Assembly (NCBI GenBank): GCA_016906335.1
Contig: JADEYG010000007.1
Span: 1,488,001 to 1,552,000, forward strand
DNA length: 64,000 nucleotides
From: Novakomyces olei
Lineage: Eukaryota
Direction: 5' to 3'
This document shows, piece after piece, positions 40,508 to 53,217 of this stretch. Position numbers and translations under genes: made by a program. The notes beneath the pieces are model-generated. The model was given only the letters and a program-made list of their open reading frames with translations, was not told where the DNA came from and searched no databases. Position 1 is the first letter of the stretch, and each line of letters begins with the position of its first letter.

Positions 40508-41080
40508 GACAAGATGGAAATCAATGTGTGATCTTGTGATAATCGAGCGATGACATTGGGCATTTTTTAAAAATCATTAAATTAATAATATATTGGTTTT
40601 TCTAATTGATTAATTGTTAATTAATTAAGTGCAGTTTTATCGAGTCCAAAACATTGTCTACCGAATACTTTATTGCTCCCATATTAACTGCGATAAATAA
40701 GAGGCATAACGCCAAAATGTTTCGCTCAACGTTTTATCATTTTGTATATTAATTGGCAGAGCGTAATACTATATTAATATATGTACGGGCATAAAGCTAA
40801 ACAAAGTAACATTGTAAGCTGACAGTTTATTCCAACATAAAACTCGATAAGCGATGGTGATGTGTCTCGTTAATATCGAAATTTCCGATTTAAGAATAAT
40901 CCGATAATTAGACCGTTGAGTTCACATCGCTGTGTCGCAACGTCATATATGATGTGGAGACTTTTTGTTTATTTAAATTCAAAGATAATGGCCCGGTCTA
41001 ATAGATTTAAATTTTGATAGAAATTGGGGTTTCAATCGGTTGCTGTTTGACGGAAAGTTGAGGCCGAGCGACGCACAGAA

Positions 41081-41203
<123 letters not shown>

Positions 41204-41432
41204 TAAAAAAATAAATAAATAATTGGTAAGCAAAAAATCTATATTGTTCGGCAATTTTTGAAGCAAGAGGTCACAAGATACAAAGGAAAATCTTTTGTTG
41301 AACAACAAAACTTTAAATTGCAATTGGCTTTCAATCGTTCAGAGTATAAACTGACTATAGTAAAAGGATTATTTAATAATTTATATACCAGGCTGCTCTA
41401 CGCGATAAACGCATATTCATTAATTCTTCATC

Positions 41433-43461
41433 ATGGGCGGAAACACTGAATGCCGCGTCCTTTACTGGTTTCGAACGGATTTGCGAGTGCACGACTCGCC
41501 CGCACTAAATCGAGCTTTGTCACTAAAACCAACAGCTCTTTTCCCTGTATGGACATGGGACCCACACTACGTTTACCGCGCTCGTGTTGGCCCGAATCGG
41601 TGGAGGTTTCTTCTTGAATCCCAGCAGGACTTGTCGGATTCCCTAAAGGCCATTAATCCGCGACAAAAATTGTTGGTAGTAAGGGAGGGCCCTACAACAG
41701 TACTGCCCAAGTTGTTTAAAAAATGGAAAATAACACATCTCGTGTTTGAAAAGGACACAGATTCGTATGCTCTAGAGCGGGATAATCAAGTAATGCAGCT
41801 AGCAAAAGACGCTGGTGTTCATGTTGAACGTGTCGTGGGCCGAACCTTGTTTGATCCGGAAACGGTAGTGCAAAAGAATGGCGGCAAGCCCACGCTGAGC
41901 GCGGGCCAGCTGCATTCGGCAATTGCGCAGATCGACAATGGAGTGCCCACGAAATGCGTGGGCACTCCTGAATCATTGCCGGACCCTGGCAGTGAACAAG
42001 AATTGGATCTCAGCAGCTTGGATCACAAAGTACCGAACCCTTCACCGGACCTGAACAAGGCCAACAGATCGCAGGATAAGCAATACTCCCCCCTTGCTGG
42101 GCCAAAGGGCGATTATGCTATTGTTACGTTGGAAGAAATGGGTATTTTAAATGGCCAATCGCCCCATCGTGGAGGCGAGCATGAGGCATTAGCATTGCTT
42201 GAAAAGTATGCAAAAGACGAAGAGTATGTAGCGCTTTTTGAGAAGCCAAAAACTGCTCCGACTGATTTCGAGCCGCAGTCAACTACTCTGCTGAGTCCGC
42301 ATCTACACTTTGGCACTTTATCCGTGCGGAAATTTTGGTGGATGATAAGAGACATATTCCAAGCAAGGGAGAAAGCCGGTAAGAAGCACGCAGCTGAGCC
42401 GATGAATTTACTCGGCCAATTACTTTTCCGTGAAATGTTTTTTGCGGCCCAATGTGCCGTCGGACCTCAGTATGGCCAAAGCCTGGGTAACAGTATCTGT
42501 CGATTTGTTCCCTGGCATTTGCAGAGCAATTATTCCATAAAAGACGGGGGAAAACAACTGTCTGATCATACATATGAGGTAGATGATGAAAAGGCCGAAG
42601 AGTATTTCCAGCGTTGGAAACATGGTCAAACCGGATTTCCTTGGATCGATGCTCTTATGCGACAGCTGAGAAGTGAAGGGTGGATCCATCATTTAGGTAG
42701 ACATGCAGTTGCCTGCTTTCTGACTCGTGGAGGCTGTTATGTCAGCTGGGAACGAGGTGCTGAAGTTTTCGAAGAGCTTTTAATCGACCATGAACCGGCC
42801 TCCAATGCAGGTAATTGGATGTGGTATGGATATATTTTATATATGTAAAGCACTAACCTTCAGGCTGAGTTGCACCGCGTTTTTTAGCCAATTTTATCGG
42901 TGTTATAGTCCCGTCAGTTTTCCAAAGAAATGGGACCCAGAGGGAAAATTTGTTCGAAAGTATGTCCCAGAACTGAGAAAATTTGATAAAAAGTACATTT
43001 ATGAGCCTCATAAAGCTCCAAAATCAGACCAAAAAGTTTGGGGTTGTGAGATAGTGGAGGATTATACCAAAGCCCAAGGCGGTAAATCGTCAACGTACCC
43101 AGCACCAATGCTTGATTTCAATGAGTGCCGTCAATTTTGTTTGGATAAAATGAAAGAGGCATACGATGCGGGACTGCACGGTGATGATGAAAAAGTGCTG
43201 AGCGGAGAATGGAAAAAACTATTTGGTTATGGGACCAACATAAAATCAGAATCTAAGCAAAAACCAAAACGAAAGGCGATGCATGATGAAAATGGAGAAG
43301 AGCGAAAGGCAAATGAAAACCGGACTTATGGGCACAAGGATCAAAATGCTTCAACTGATGGTGAAGAGTCTCCTGAAGATTCGGGCAAAAGCCGGGCCAA
43401 ACAGATAAGTTCAAACAAACGCTCCAAGTCAACACGCACTTCCAAGACAAAAAACTCATGA
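41433..43461 (+). CDS. (6-4) photolyase / animal-type cryptochrome family protein; 1 intron
   Basis: YWFRTDLRVHDSPAL, LSPHLHFG, TGFPWIDALMRQL, GWIHHLGRHAVACFLTRG, NAGNWMWLS; Lys-rich C-terminal tail. Confidence 0.95.
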
Positions 43462-45137
43462 AAATTTGATACTTAGACGAAGACTAATTGGAAGCCGTGC
43501 ATCTGTCACAGCTATTTCTTCTCCATTAGAAACAAGACTGGAAAGTGTCTTTTCGAGATTAGGTCTAGTAGAACGCTCCAGCTGAGGTGGAGCTTGCAAA
43601 TATAATGATTTTGTAGACGTCCGTAGGCTGGGGGCCTTGAGTTGCCTGAACGAATCAGTATTTTAATGATATATTTGTAGATGCGTGCTGAATTTTGAAA
43701 GATAATTAATAAAAATAAAGGAACATCAAAGAACGATAAAATTTGAAACAACTTTGTATGTAAAAGAGAAAAGCTGAACGTTTTTGAGACGCTATAGCTC
43801 AATGAAAACAAATAATGTACTTTTCAGGGTCGTCTTGCAGACGGTCGATTAAATCCTGTAATGTCCAAAGAGAATTTGCTGTTATTGACTGAGTTATATC
43901 CCCACATACGGGGCAATCTGATCGTTTCTGGTGTTCAAAAGTATAAGTATAGACTCCGTTCTCTCCAGTATACATCATATAATTCTCCAGATAAGGATTG
44001 CAAGACGTTGCTATCTTGAAAGCCTCGTTACAGCAGGCAGCTAACGACACATTAACATATGAACCGACCTTATACACTCTTTTTGTTTCTTTTTCTCTAT
44101 CATTTTCTCTATTTTGCGCTTTTGATTGAAAACATACCTGCAATTATAGCATTTGTTGAGGCAATAGCAGGAATGATGTTCTTTACGACGCCTTGAGTAA
44201 GCGAGTAAGTAACACCGGTAATGTTAAACTCCTTTGCTCGAGCAGCTGCAGTAGCCCGCAGCCATTCAATGTGCTCAGGATCGTCAGTGTCTAAACGCGA
44301 ATCACTGCCATGCTTTCTCGGCCATTCTAGCACTGACGCCCATTCAATACAATGCTCTGGAAGACGCGGTGTATTGGCAATGGTGCATATAGGGTATTTT
44401 ACAATCTGGCCCAGCATATCCAAGGAACACTCGTAGCAGGACGTTATTGTCGGAAGGATGACTCGTGCCTGCCCCTTAAAACCTTTTCTGAATAAGCACG
44501 AATGGAAAAGGTTGGATTTAAAAAAAAAACAGTAATAACCCATATTTTGTAATCAACAACTGGAAAACGAATAAAGTACAATAGCAATCTATTGAAACAA
44601 ACACTGTCGCGCAACCATACCCTCTGTACCGCCGTCTACAAGAGGCTTCAAAGATTCCGGACTTTCGGGATCTACCATCCCCACTAGTGTAGCATTAATC
44701 CAGCGCCTTGCCTCGACACTATCGAGCCCGCAGATAACAATACCAAACTGCATGTAGAAAGATTCATCAAAATCCTGGATTTTATTGTGATGAGGTGTGA
44801 CAACCACACCAGGAACTCGATGGTTGACAAAGGCAGCGGCCACTTGTGCTTTAGGTTTGCCAACATCACTGGCACGGAAGAGAAATTGTCTGTTCAAATT
44901 GCTCAGATCAATCGTGTCCATGTCAATCACATGAATATCCGTGAATCCCGAAAGTGCTAAGTTTTTAAGGATCTCGCATCCCAGTCCGCCGGCCCCAATA
45001 ACCAGTACCTTGCACGACCGTAAGAAATTACCGACCTCTGGTGATGGGGAGAACCCGATTCCATCGGAAAAAGGCCCTTGTCGTGAGAGCACATTGGCGA
45101 CACCACACAATTGCCGTTCAAATACCCGCTCACTCAT
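43456..45137 (-). CDS. UBA3: NEDD8-activating enzyme E1 catalytic subunit; 3 introns
   Basis: [63 protein letters not shown]2-binding domain PSLRT...[14 protein letters not shown] ending LSIKFS*. Confidence 0.96.
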
Positions 45138-45758
45138 GCCGCCAACCAGTCCACCAATGACTGAGGCTAAACTGCTGAGCCGAATGTACGTCAAATAAGC
45201 CCAATTTGAAATAGACTTCCTAATAGCTGTCTCCTATTAGCTCACTACCTGACTGAAACCTATCAGTATTCGAATTCAGGTCTAATTCCATAAAGTCAGT
45301 ACCGCTTTAACGGACCATTTCTTGGCTGATTGTCCTTTCCCGTCCAATCGTCCGCGCGACTGTGTTAGGCAAAAGTTACTCTGCGTTGTGCTTAAAACTA
45401 TAGTGCCCAGACTGACACTGAGCACGGAATATCGCAATATCAGTCAAGCTTCTACTGTTAGGGCTAATATAAACCCTAATCCTAATTATTTGAGGATATA
45501 ACATCTTTCTCTTTGCGAATCCTCTCTTTTCGCAGCGAATAGGATAGTTTACGCAGCGGTCTTGATTTAAAAATTATTTGGACCAAAAAAATCTCTGAAA
45601 ACCAGTGCGCGTGCTCAAAGCATTCGGCACCGGCTTTAGCAATCTTTAGACGGACTGCAATCGATCGCAGCTAATTTCGATTTCCCTTTGCTTGGAGCTT
45701 TTGAGTGACGGAAAGCGTCCGGTGTAACTGTGATAGTCGTGTTTGAGCAACAAGCGTA

Positions 45759-46412
45759 ATGGCACACGCTGATCATTCACGAGATCCTTGCCCCTATGTG
45801 GTAAAGACTACAAGCCGTGCCTTGATCCATTTTACTAAGACTCTAGATCCTTTCTGATTTTGGAGCCGCATTTTCCATGGGCGCTATTGGTGGGAGTATA
45901 TGGCACGCAGTCAAAGGTTTTCGCAACAGTCCTGCTGTAAGTCTAATGAAGCAAGGTGAAAATAAAAAAAAAAATTAAATTAAATTAAAAGCAAAGAATT
46001 GAATCATTAAGAACAGTTAAAGAAAAGTCGTCTAACTGATTTAGGGTGAAAAACGGATATCTGCCATTACAGCTGTAAAGGCACGTGCGCCCGTAATTGG
46101 TGGCAATTTTGGTGCTTGGGGCGGACTCTTTTCTACTTACGATTGTATGGTCAAAGGCGTGCGTAGAAAAGAAGATCCTTGGTACGTTTTGATTCTGTCT
46201 CTAGTTAAAGACTTATGTACAGGAACGCAATCATCGCAGGATTCTTTACTGGCGGATCTTTAGCCATCCGTGGCGGCTGGCGGTCAGCGCGTAACTCGGC
46301 TATCGGCTGCGCGTGTTTGCTCGCATGTTTCGAAGGTATCGGTATTGCTTTTAATCGGATTATGGCCGACTATAATCGCCCTGTGGCCCCAGCATTACCG
46401 GAAACCAAGTGA
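45759..46412 (+). CDS. TIM17: Mitochondrial inner membrane translocase subunit Tim17; 3 introns
   Basis: [59 protein letters not shown]. Confidence 0.96.
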
Positions 46413-46781
46413 TTCCATCCTACACTTCCCCGTCTGCCTACACTGTTTATAATTATTTATGATTTATTTTGCAGAGTATTTGTTATTTAATTCTTTTTGA
46501 ACGTCTACCCTTCTTCTACACCAGCCACACACTCTCAAACCTTGTGCACCTCAGGTTTTACAACGTGAATGAAACCTAAAGACACTGGCTAAGCTTTGCC
46601 TTCCAAGATACCACTTCAGTCTGGGTATAATGACTTTATGGGCGTAGCAGCACATCTTCCACCCCTTAACCTTTATCACAGTGCCCTAAAAATTACATGA
46701 ATAATATCAAATTTGAAAAAAAAGAATTATATAAATCATTGCTTTCCGTTTAAATCATTATGATATAATTCTTGAAACCTT

Positions 46782-49417
46782 CTAGTCCCTGTCTTCCTGC
46801 TGCTGCTGTTCCCGAAACCCAGCTGCCCTCTGGGTATAATGCATAACTTTGTTACCATCTACAATATGCGTGGTGAATATCAGTATCTTCTTGCCCAAGC
46901 TTTTCCCAACGAATCGAAGTGCTGAGACCTCTGCGGCTGTTATTCCTCCAATGTACATTACAGCTATCGTACTACCCGTCGAAGCAACTGGCCGCTTAAC
47001 AGGAAAAGAGACTGGGGTTGTTGCTGTGACTGTTGCCCCAGGAATCATGCGCAAAACTTCTTGTGAGCCCTCCCAAAATGTTCGGCTCTGTAAAACTTGC
47101 GTTGAAGGTTTTCCTGTAATAACATGAGGCTGCAAGGCACACTGGAGTATCCGCACTGAAAGTGGTGCGTAACCTTCAAAAACATAAGCAATATCTTTGG
47201 GTTCTGAATCGTTATTTGAGGTTTCTTCTACCAGACGGAATGATCGACGTATGTGCGAAAATGGGGAGCGGCCAAAAATGTTTGATGCGGACAGTGAGGA
47301 AGACGAAGCTCGAAGTGTAAAGAGGCCCCAGCTGTTTAAGACTGTAAGCATAGCCAAACTTTGTATACCGTAGGTCTTAACGCAGGGTGTTAGTCCGGAA
47401 TTAAAAATATATTATAAATAAAATAAAAGATTTGATGCTTTGAAGGTAAACGAGACACGAATGAAAAGATCGAAATGTAACCAGGCAAACTTACTTGCAC
47501 TAGTTGGAGTCGCATTGAATCGTAGTCTTTTTGCTTCAAACCCGCAAAAACGGAGCTATACAAGCACAATATCCGAAGCACTTGATCCAGCGGGACCGAC
47601 TGGCCAATAAGGTCTTCAATACCGCGCAAAACAGCGCTTGAGTCAACACCTTCAATTATGTCTGCATGTTAGTATGGATGATAAAGATAACGACAATTAT
47701 ATAGGCAATAAACAACAAATAAATGAAAACAAATGAGCATTTTCGCAGTGCAGTTTAGATTACTTTGCTGAAGCTCAAGAGATGAGACGAATACATCGTC
47801 TTTTGTTTGTGCAAACAAATATTCGGTTATATTCGTAAATAGACGCAGTGAAGAATGCATTTGCTGCAAACTTCCTAGCCTTGAAATAAACGATTTGATC
47901 TCGGAAATACTTTTGGCATTGTGCCGGTCCTTTGAATGTTAGCGCCGATTCAGGGGGTTATTAGTTTTTGAATAAATAATTTAGCAACAAATAAAGAGCG
48001 CTTGACAAAAGAAATGAATGAAGCGAAAAATAAACAAAACAAAACAAATGAAATTCATAGTTTCTATTACCTCATAGTCACTGTTTAATTGTCGTGCAAA
48101 CGTGTTGAGTATTTTACCAACATTTGCGATATTTTCGTCCTGCAGACGAGCATACAACGGATCTTCCGAAGACACATTTACCATCTTCACTCTATGTTTT
48201 CCAGTAGATGACCCAACTACATGGGCCCCATTAGTAGCGTCCCCTGACGAATCGCCAGAATTGTTTGCAACAAGTTTCTCTGGGACTTCAATCTTTCCTA
48301 TACAACGTTAGACCGCAATATAGATTTGCTTTCATCTTGGATAATATTTTTCCATTTGAAGGAACAATTTTCAAAACTAATCTAATACTACAAAGACAAT
48401 ATTGGTATGACATGAAACAGAATAAACGAATTTGATTAAACGATAAAACGATAAACAGAAAGAAAAATAAAATAAAATAAAAGGATACCATTTGTCCATT
48501 TAAAATTCTCCATTAGCATCCCCTCAAACGTTAGTTGAGTTAGGAGCACGGAAACCATATCTGAGCTTCTGTCAAATATATAGAGCGAATCAAAAATATT
48601 GCTCGGCATTAAAGGCGCTTTAGATGCGAGCCCCGAACCGCCAGCGCTTGATATGGATTCTTTGCACAGCCTGTCAAGTACATTGGCGAGAATGGCTGCC
48701 TTGTCTCCCTTACCAAAGACAAAAGGGAATGCTCCATATTGCTCTTGTAATCGCACTAATGCCTGTGCCGTAGTAAGCAGTAACGAATCGTTATGATCAC
48801 GGTATAATTCAGTAAAAGACGAATCTCGCTGAAGGGATAATACGTCATTTGCAATGGGGATGAAATTGATAGAAAGGTTCTTAATTGTGACATCGCCGAT
48901 AACAGCTTCACGATCAAGCGTATTCTCAAAAACCCAATTGCTCTCAGGGACCAAAAGTATTGTCGTATTAAAATTTTCATTGTTTTGAACACGTTTTTTA
49001 ACGTGTTCTATTGTTGTTTTAGCAAATTCCAGAATACTGAATAACAAAAACATACGAGCAATTCTTTGTGCCGACTCGATAGTTGGGCGGACAATGTAAA
49101 TGGTATTGTTGTATTTTGGAGCTGAAGTACTGGAATCAAGCCAGAATATTTCACTGCATCCATGTGACTATGAATAAGCAGGCGCAGACCCTTTGAATCT
49201 ATACCTGGAGCGTTGAGAATTTCGTTAATCCATTAACGATTGCATTCAACTCGCGTTCAAGCACAACTGCTTTCTTGCCTAAAACCTGTGGCTTTTAGAA
49301 ATTTAAATAATAGTTTAAAAAAATTACGCTATCAATCTGGTCGTAGAACAAGGCAATTGCATCCTGCTTGAGACGGGCCGTGTCCACCTCTAGCGCTGCC
49401 GTGGCCAAGGCGCCCAT
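46782..49417 (-). CDS. VPS33: Sec1/Munc18-family HOPS subunit Vps33; 7 introns
   Basis: FDRSSDMVSVLLTQLTFEG, DIAYVFEGYAPLSVRILQ, YIGGITAAEVSALRF; seven canonical introns keep frame. Confidence 0.92.
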
Positions 49418-49438
49418 GGAGCTAGAACGATTGGATAC

Positions 49439-49684
<246 letters not shown>

Positions 49685-49721
49685 TTATTGCGATAATGCG
49701 CACGAAGTATCGGCTCCGTCC

Positions 49722-51376
49722 ATGGATGTAAATACGATTCAATCATGGCTGGGTCGAGTATTGCAGACGGTAAAAAAGTTTACTCTACTCTTGTCTAAAT
49801 CAGCAGGATTATTTATACCCCGAGGCCGTGTATCAGCAAGTCATGCAGCTGCTTTCGGCATTTAATTCCTTGTCTCCTCGAACACAGGTTTACAGTGCGT
49901 CAATCATGATCAAACAAGATAAATAATAAATACTGCTGCCTATTCGTATGATTAACCATTTAAGCTCATGAATCCGGACTTGACGAGCTTTTACTCGTCC
50001 TCAATGGCACGATCAAAATGCAGTTTAGAGGAGCCTATTATAATGTACCTATTTCGCTTTGGATTCCACATGAATACCCCACAGTGCCGCCACACGGGTA
50101 CGTGACGGCGACGGCCAGTATCGCGGTACGACCTGGCAACTATGTGGATCCAAGTGGAAGGATTTACCACCCATACTTGGCTCATTGGGCGGGAGGTGTA
50201 CGCTTTTATTTATAATCAAATCTGTAAATCATTATTGGCTGATTTTCTAGGACACACTGGTCAGACTCTGTCAGCAGTTGGCGGAAGCTTTTTCTCAAGA
50301 ACCGCCAGTAGCACAGAGACGGCCCCCACCCCCGCCTCCTCCTCCACCTCAAACTGGGTCTCCACTGGGCCAGGATCGACCAGCGCAGGGCTCGTCTTTG
50401 TCACCATCGCCCTCGGTCATGGTTGCTGGTCCTCCTCCACTACCACCAAAAGCAAGTGCTGATTTTTACGCGGCAGCAAACGGACCGTCTTCACGAGGGT
50501 CTCCGGTTCAGCGGCACATTGACCAGGACAAGTCTTATTTGCCGTACAGGCCTACTCCTCCTTTACCCCCTAAACCGGTGCACAGTCCGTCTCTTTCACT
50601 TAATGCAGCGCCCTCATATTACGCTTCACAGTACGTTTCTCAACGCTCATCGCCTTTTGCGACACAGGTTCATGAGGATCGTGGTGGATTGCACACAAAA
50701 CAATCGAGCTTAGAGACATCAAATTCGTCTTCTTCGATGAATTTGATGGATGCGGCAGACTCTGTTGTACCTGCACGCATTGACCAGGAGTCTGGCGACC
50801 GCAAAGTGCTATTACAATCCCTCGAATCTGCTCTCACGCAGGTCCACCGCAAACACGTGGAAGAGCTTGAAGGGTCGTACTCTCGAGAGCGATCAGCGCT
50901 GAGAGATTTGTTTAATTTACGGGGCAGTTTAAACGCCGATCTGGCTAAAATTGATAATTTTGAGAATTTGTGTAAATATGACGCTGGCATTTTAGCGGAG
51001 AAGACGGAGCAGGTTGATGACATAATAGTACAAAGCAGTGAGATGGATGAGCCGGATATTGATGAATTGATAATTGCTCCGGATGTCAATTCGAACCAGT
51101 ATGAGTTTTCTCTCTTTAGTCTGACTTTGGCTGACATCAATTGAAGACTGTATGATCTAGTTGCGGACGACAGAGCGATTGAAGATACTATATATACAAT
51201 AGCAAAAGCCCTAGACAACGAGCTGATAAACGTCGATGCTTTTTTAAAGGTAAATAAATACATTAAACTCTATGTATTTCTACTAATTCGGCAAGATGAC
51301 ACGGAACCTCGCTCGGGAGCAGTTTCTAAAGAAAGCGCTTGCAAAGAAAATTACAGATATTTTGAGTAAATCTTGA
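49722..51376 (+). CDS. STP22: ESCRT-I subunit Vps23/Stp22/TSG101; 5 introns
   Basis: UEV domain LNGTIKMQFRGAYYNVPISLWIPHEYP...GRIYHPYLAHW, Pro-rich linker, steadiness box QLYDLVADDRAIEDTIY...FLKMTRNLAREQF. Confidence 0.94.
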
Positions 51377-51560
51377 TGGAAATAAGCTTAATTTATAGAT
51401 ATCTTATGTGCTCATCAAGCTCCATAAATGTCGCGTTTGCTCCTATTGATTCAACGGTTATATATAGTCTAGATTTTGCTCTCTTTTTCTGCCATTAATT
51501 CCCTTTATCTTTCCCTTCCCTAGTCCAATAGGCATATCTGTGCCCAAATGTTTCCCTGAA

Positions 51561-52826
51561 CTATTGTGTCGTGGCAGATTGCGTTTCGAGCCGCTTATTG
51601 ACATTCTCCAAGAACTCTGACCATTTTGCAATATCCTTCTCGATACGATCACTCCCCATTTCCAGCATTTTCAAAGAGTCTAGAGAGTTTATCACATCCG
51701 CATGAATGCCGTGGAGTAATTTTAATCGGGCTACAACTGGTGGCATTCGATCAGAGAGTCTTTTGTTCTCAGCTAAGTTCGCGTAAATCGCTTGTACCCG
51801 GGTATAATGCTGCGCTACATTAGCACTATTCCCCCCTACCCAGCCCTGATAAACGCCGGGCCGGGTACCTGCCTCTTCTAATTCACGCATTTTTTGAGCC
51901 ACTGGTTCAAGCTTGGAGCGAAGAGCTTCCAAATCCGCCGGGGACGCTCTTAAAGCTGCTAAAGCTGCACTCAAAGTGTCCACATGCTCACCAATATTTT
52001 CAGGGTATCCGATAAATTGCTGTTCCAGTGAGGCCACACGTTTCTCCAGCTCAATAGCAGCCGATAAATCTTGTTTGCTGGGTTCTACCAGGCTCGCTTT
52101 GTTATCCATATCTGTGTTTTGCTTGGTAGGTTCAATAGGCATTGATGTAACAGGCTTGTCTGCAGTAGCCTTGCCTCGTGTTAAAGGCTGAAGCGACGAG
52201 ATAAAAAGTTCTCGCAATTGTTCTGCGTCTGATAGGCCGTTACCATTGCGATCGTCTTCGTCACGAAGCTCCAGTATTTCACGGCGTAACCTTGCTATTT
52301 TCTCAGGCCTTGATTCGGGCTGCGCTTCGGCTCGGTAAACTTTGTAAGACCGTTTAACAGTCTGTGAAAGTTCATCAGAGAAATCTCTTGATTAGCATTT
52401 TCTCCTTTATTTTTATTTATTTAAATATTTATATATATTTTCTTTTCAACGTACCTGCACCAGATGCATCGAAATAATACGGCTTCATAAATCGCGACCG
52501 CGAAATTGCCGCGTTTATTGCAAGAGCGTCAATATCCTCATTCTCTGTCTCGGTTGGCTCAGGCGAAGGAAGTGCCTTTGTGTTTAGTAACAATGAGCCA
52601 GTCTGGGTAGGCAAAACCATTCAAAGAAAAACACGAAAAAAAAAAAGCAAAATAAGCAGGTGAAAATAATAAGCAGACAGACGGACAAGGCATCATAAAA
52701 GAATCGGACAATACAAAGACCAAACTCTGAATTATAGGGTTAATCTCCTACCGTCTCTTGTGTACCGCCCGCCTCAAACACATCGGGCTCCTGTGAAATG
52801 TCCGGTAAATCTGCGTATTTCGACAT
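51561..52826 (-). CDS. DCTN2: Dynamitin (dynactin p50); 2 introns
   Basis: MSKYADLPDISQEPDVFE, DFSD, ESRPEKIARLRREILEL, LEKRVASLE, PPVVARLKLLHGIHAD. Confidence 0.8.
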
Positions 52827-53027
52827 TTTCACAATCAATTTAATAGCCGTCCGGACAGCGGACCAACGTCAAATTTGTTGGATATGTGAATCATTGATCG
52901 TAATTGCGCTGCGTCTTTGCGTAAACGCGCAAACATGAATGGTTGCGCGTAATTAATATAATATTAATTGTATACTTTGAATTATTTATTATTTAGCGCA
53001 ATAAATTCATATTCATTGCTTGATTCT

Positions 53028-53177
53028 TTTATATTTATATTTATATTTATATTTATATTTATATTTATATTTATATTTATATTTATATTTATATTTATAT
53101 TTATATTTATATTTATATTTATATTTATATTTATATTTATATTTATATTTATATTTATATTTATATTTATATTTATA
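53028..53177. repeat. (TTTATA)25 microsatellite, i.e. (TATAAA)25 on the minus strand
   Basis: Direct reading; ends 40 nt before the TAF12 ATG. Confidence 0.97.
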
Positions 53178-53217
53178 TGATATTGCTGTCTTCAGAACGA
53201 CACAGATCAATCAAAGC

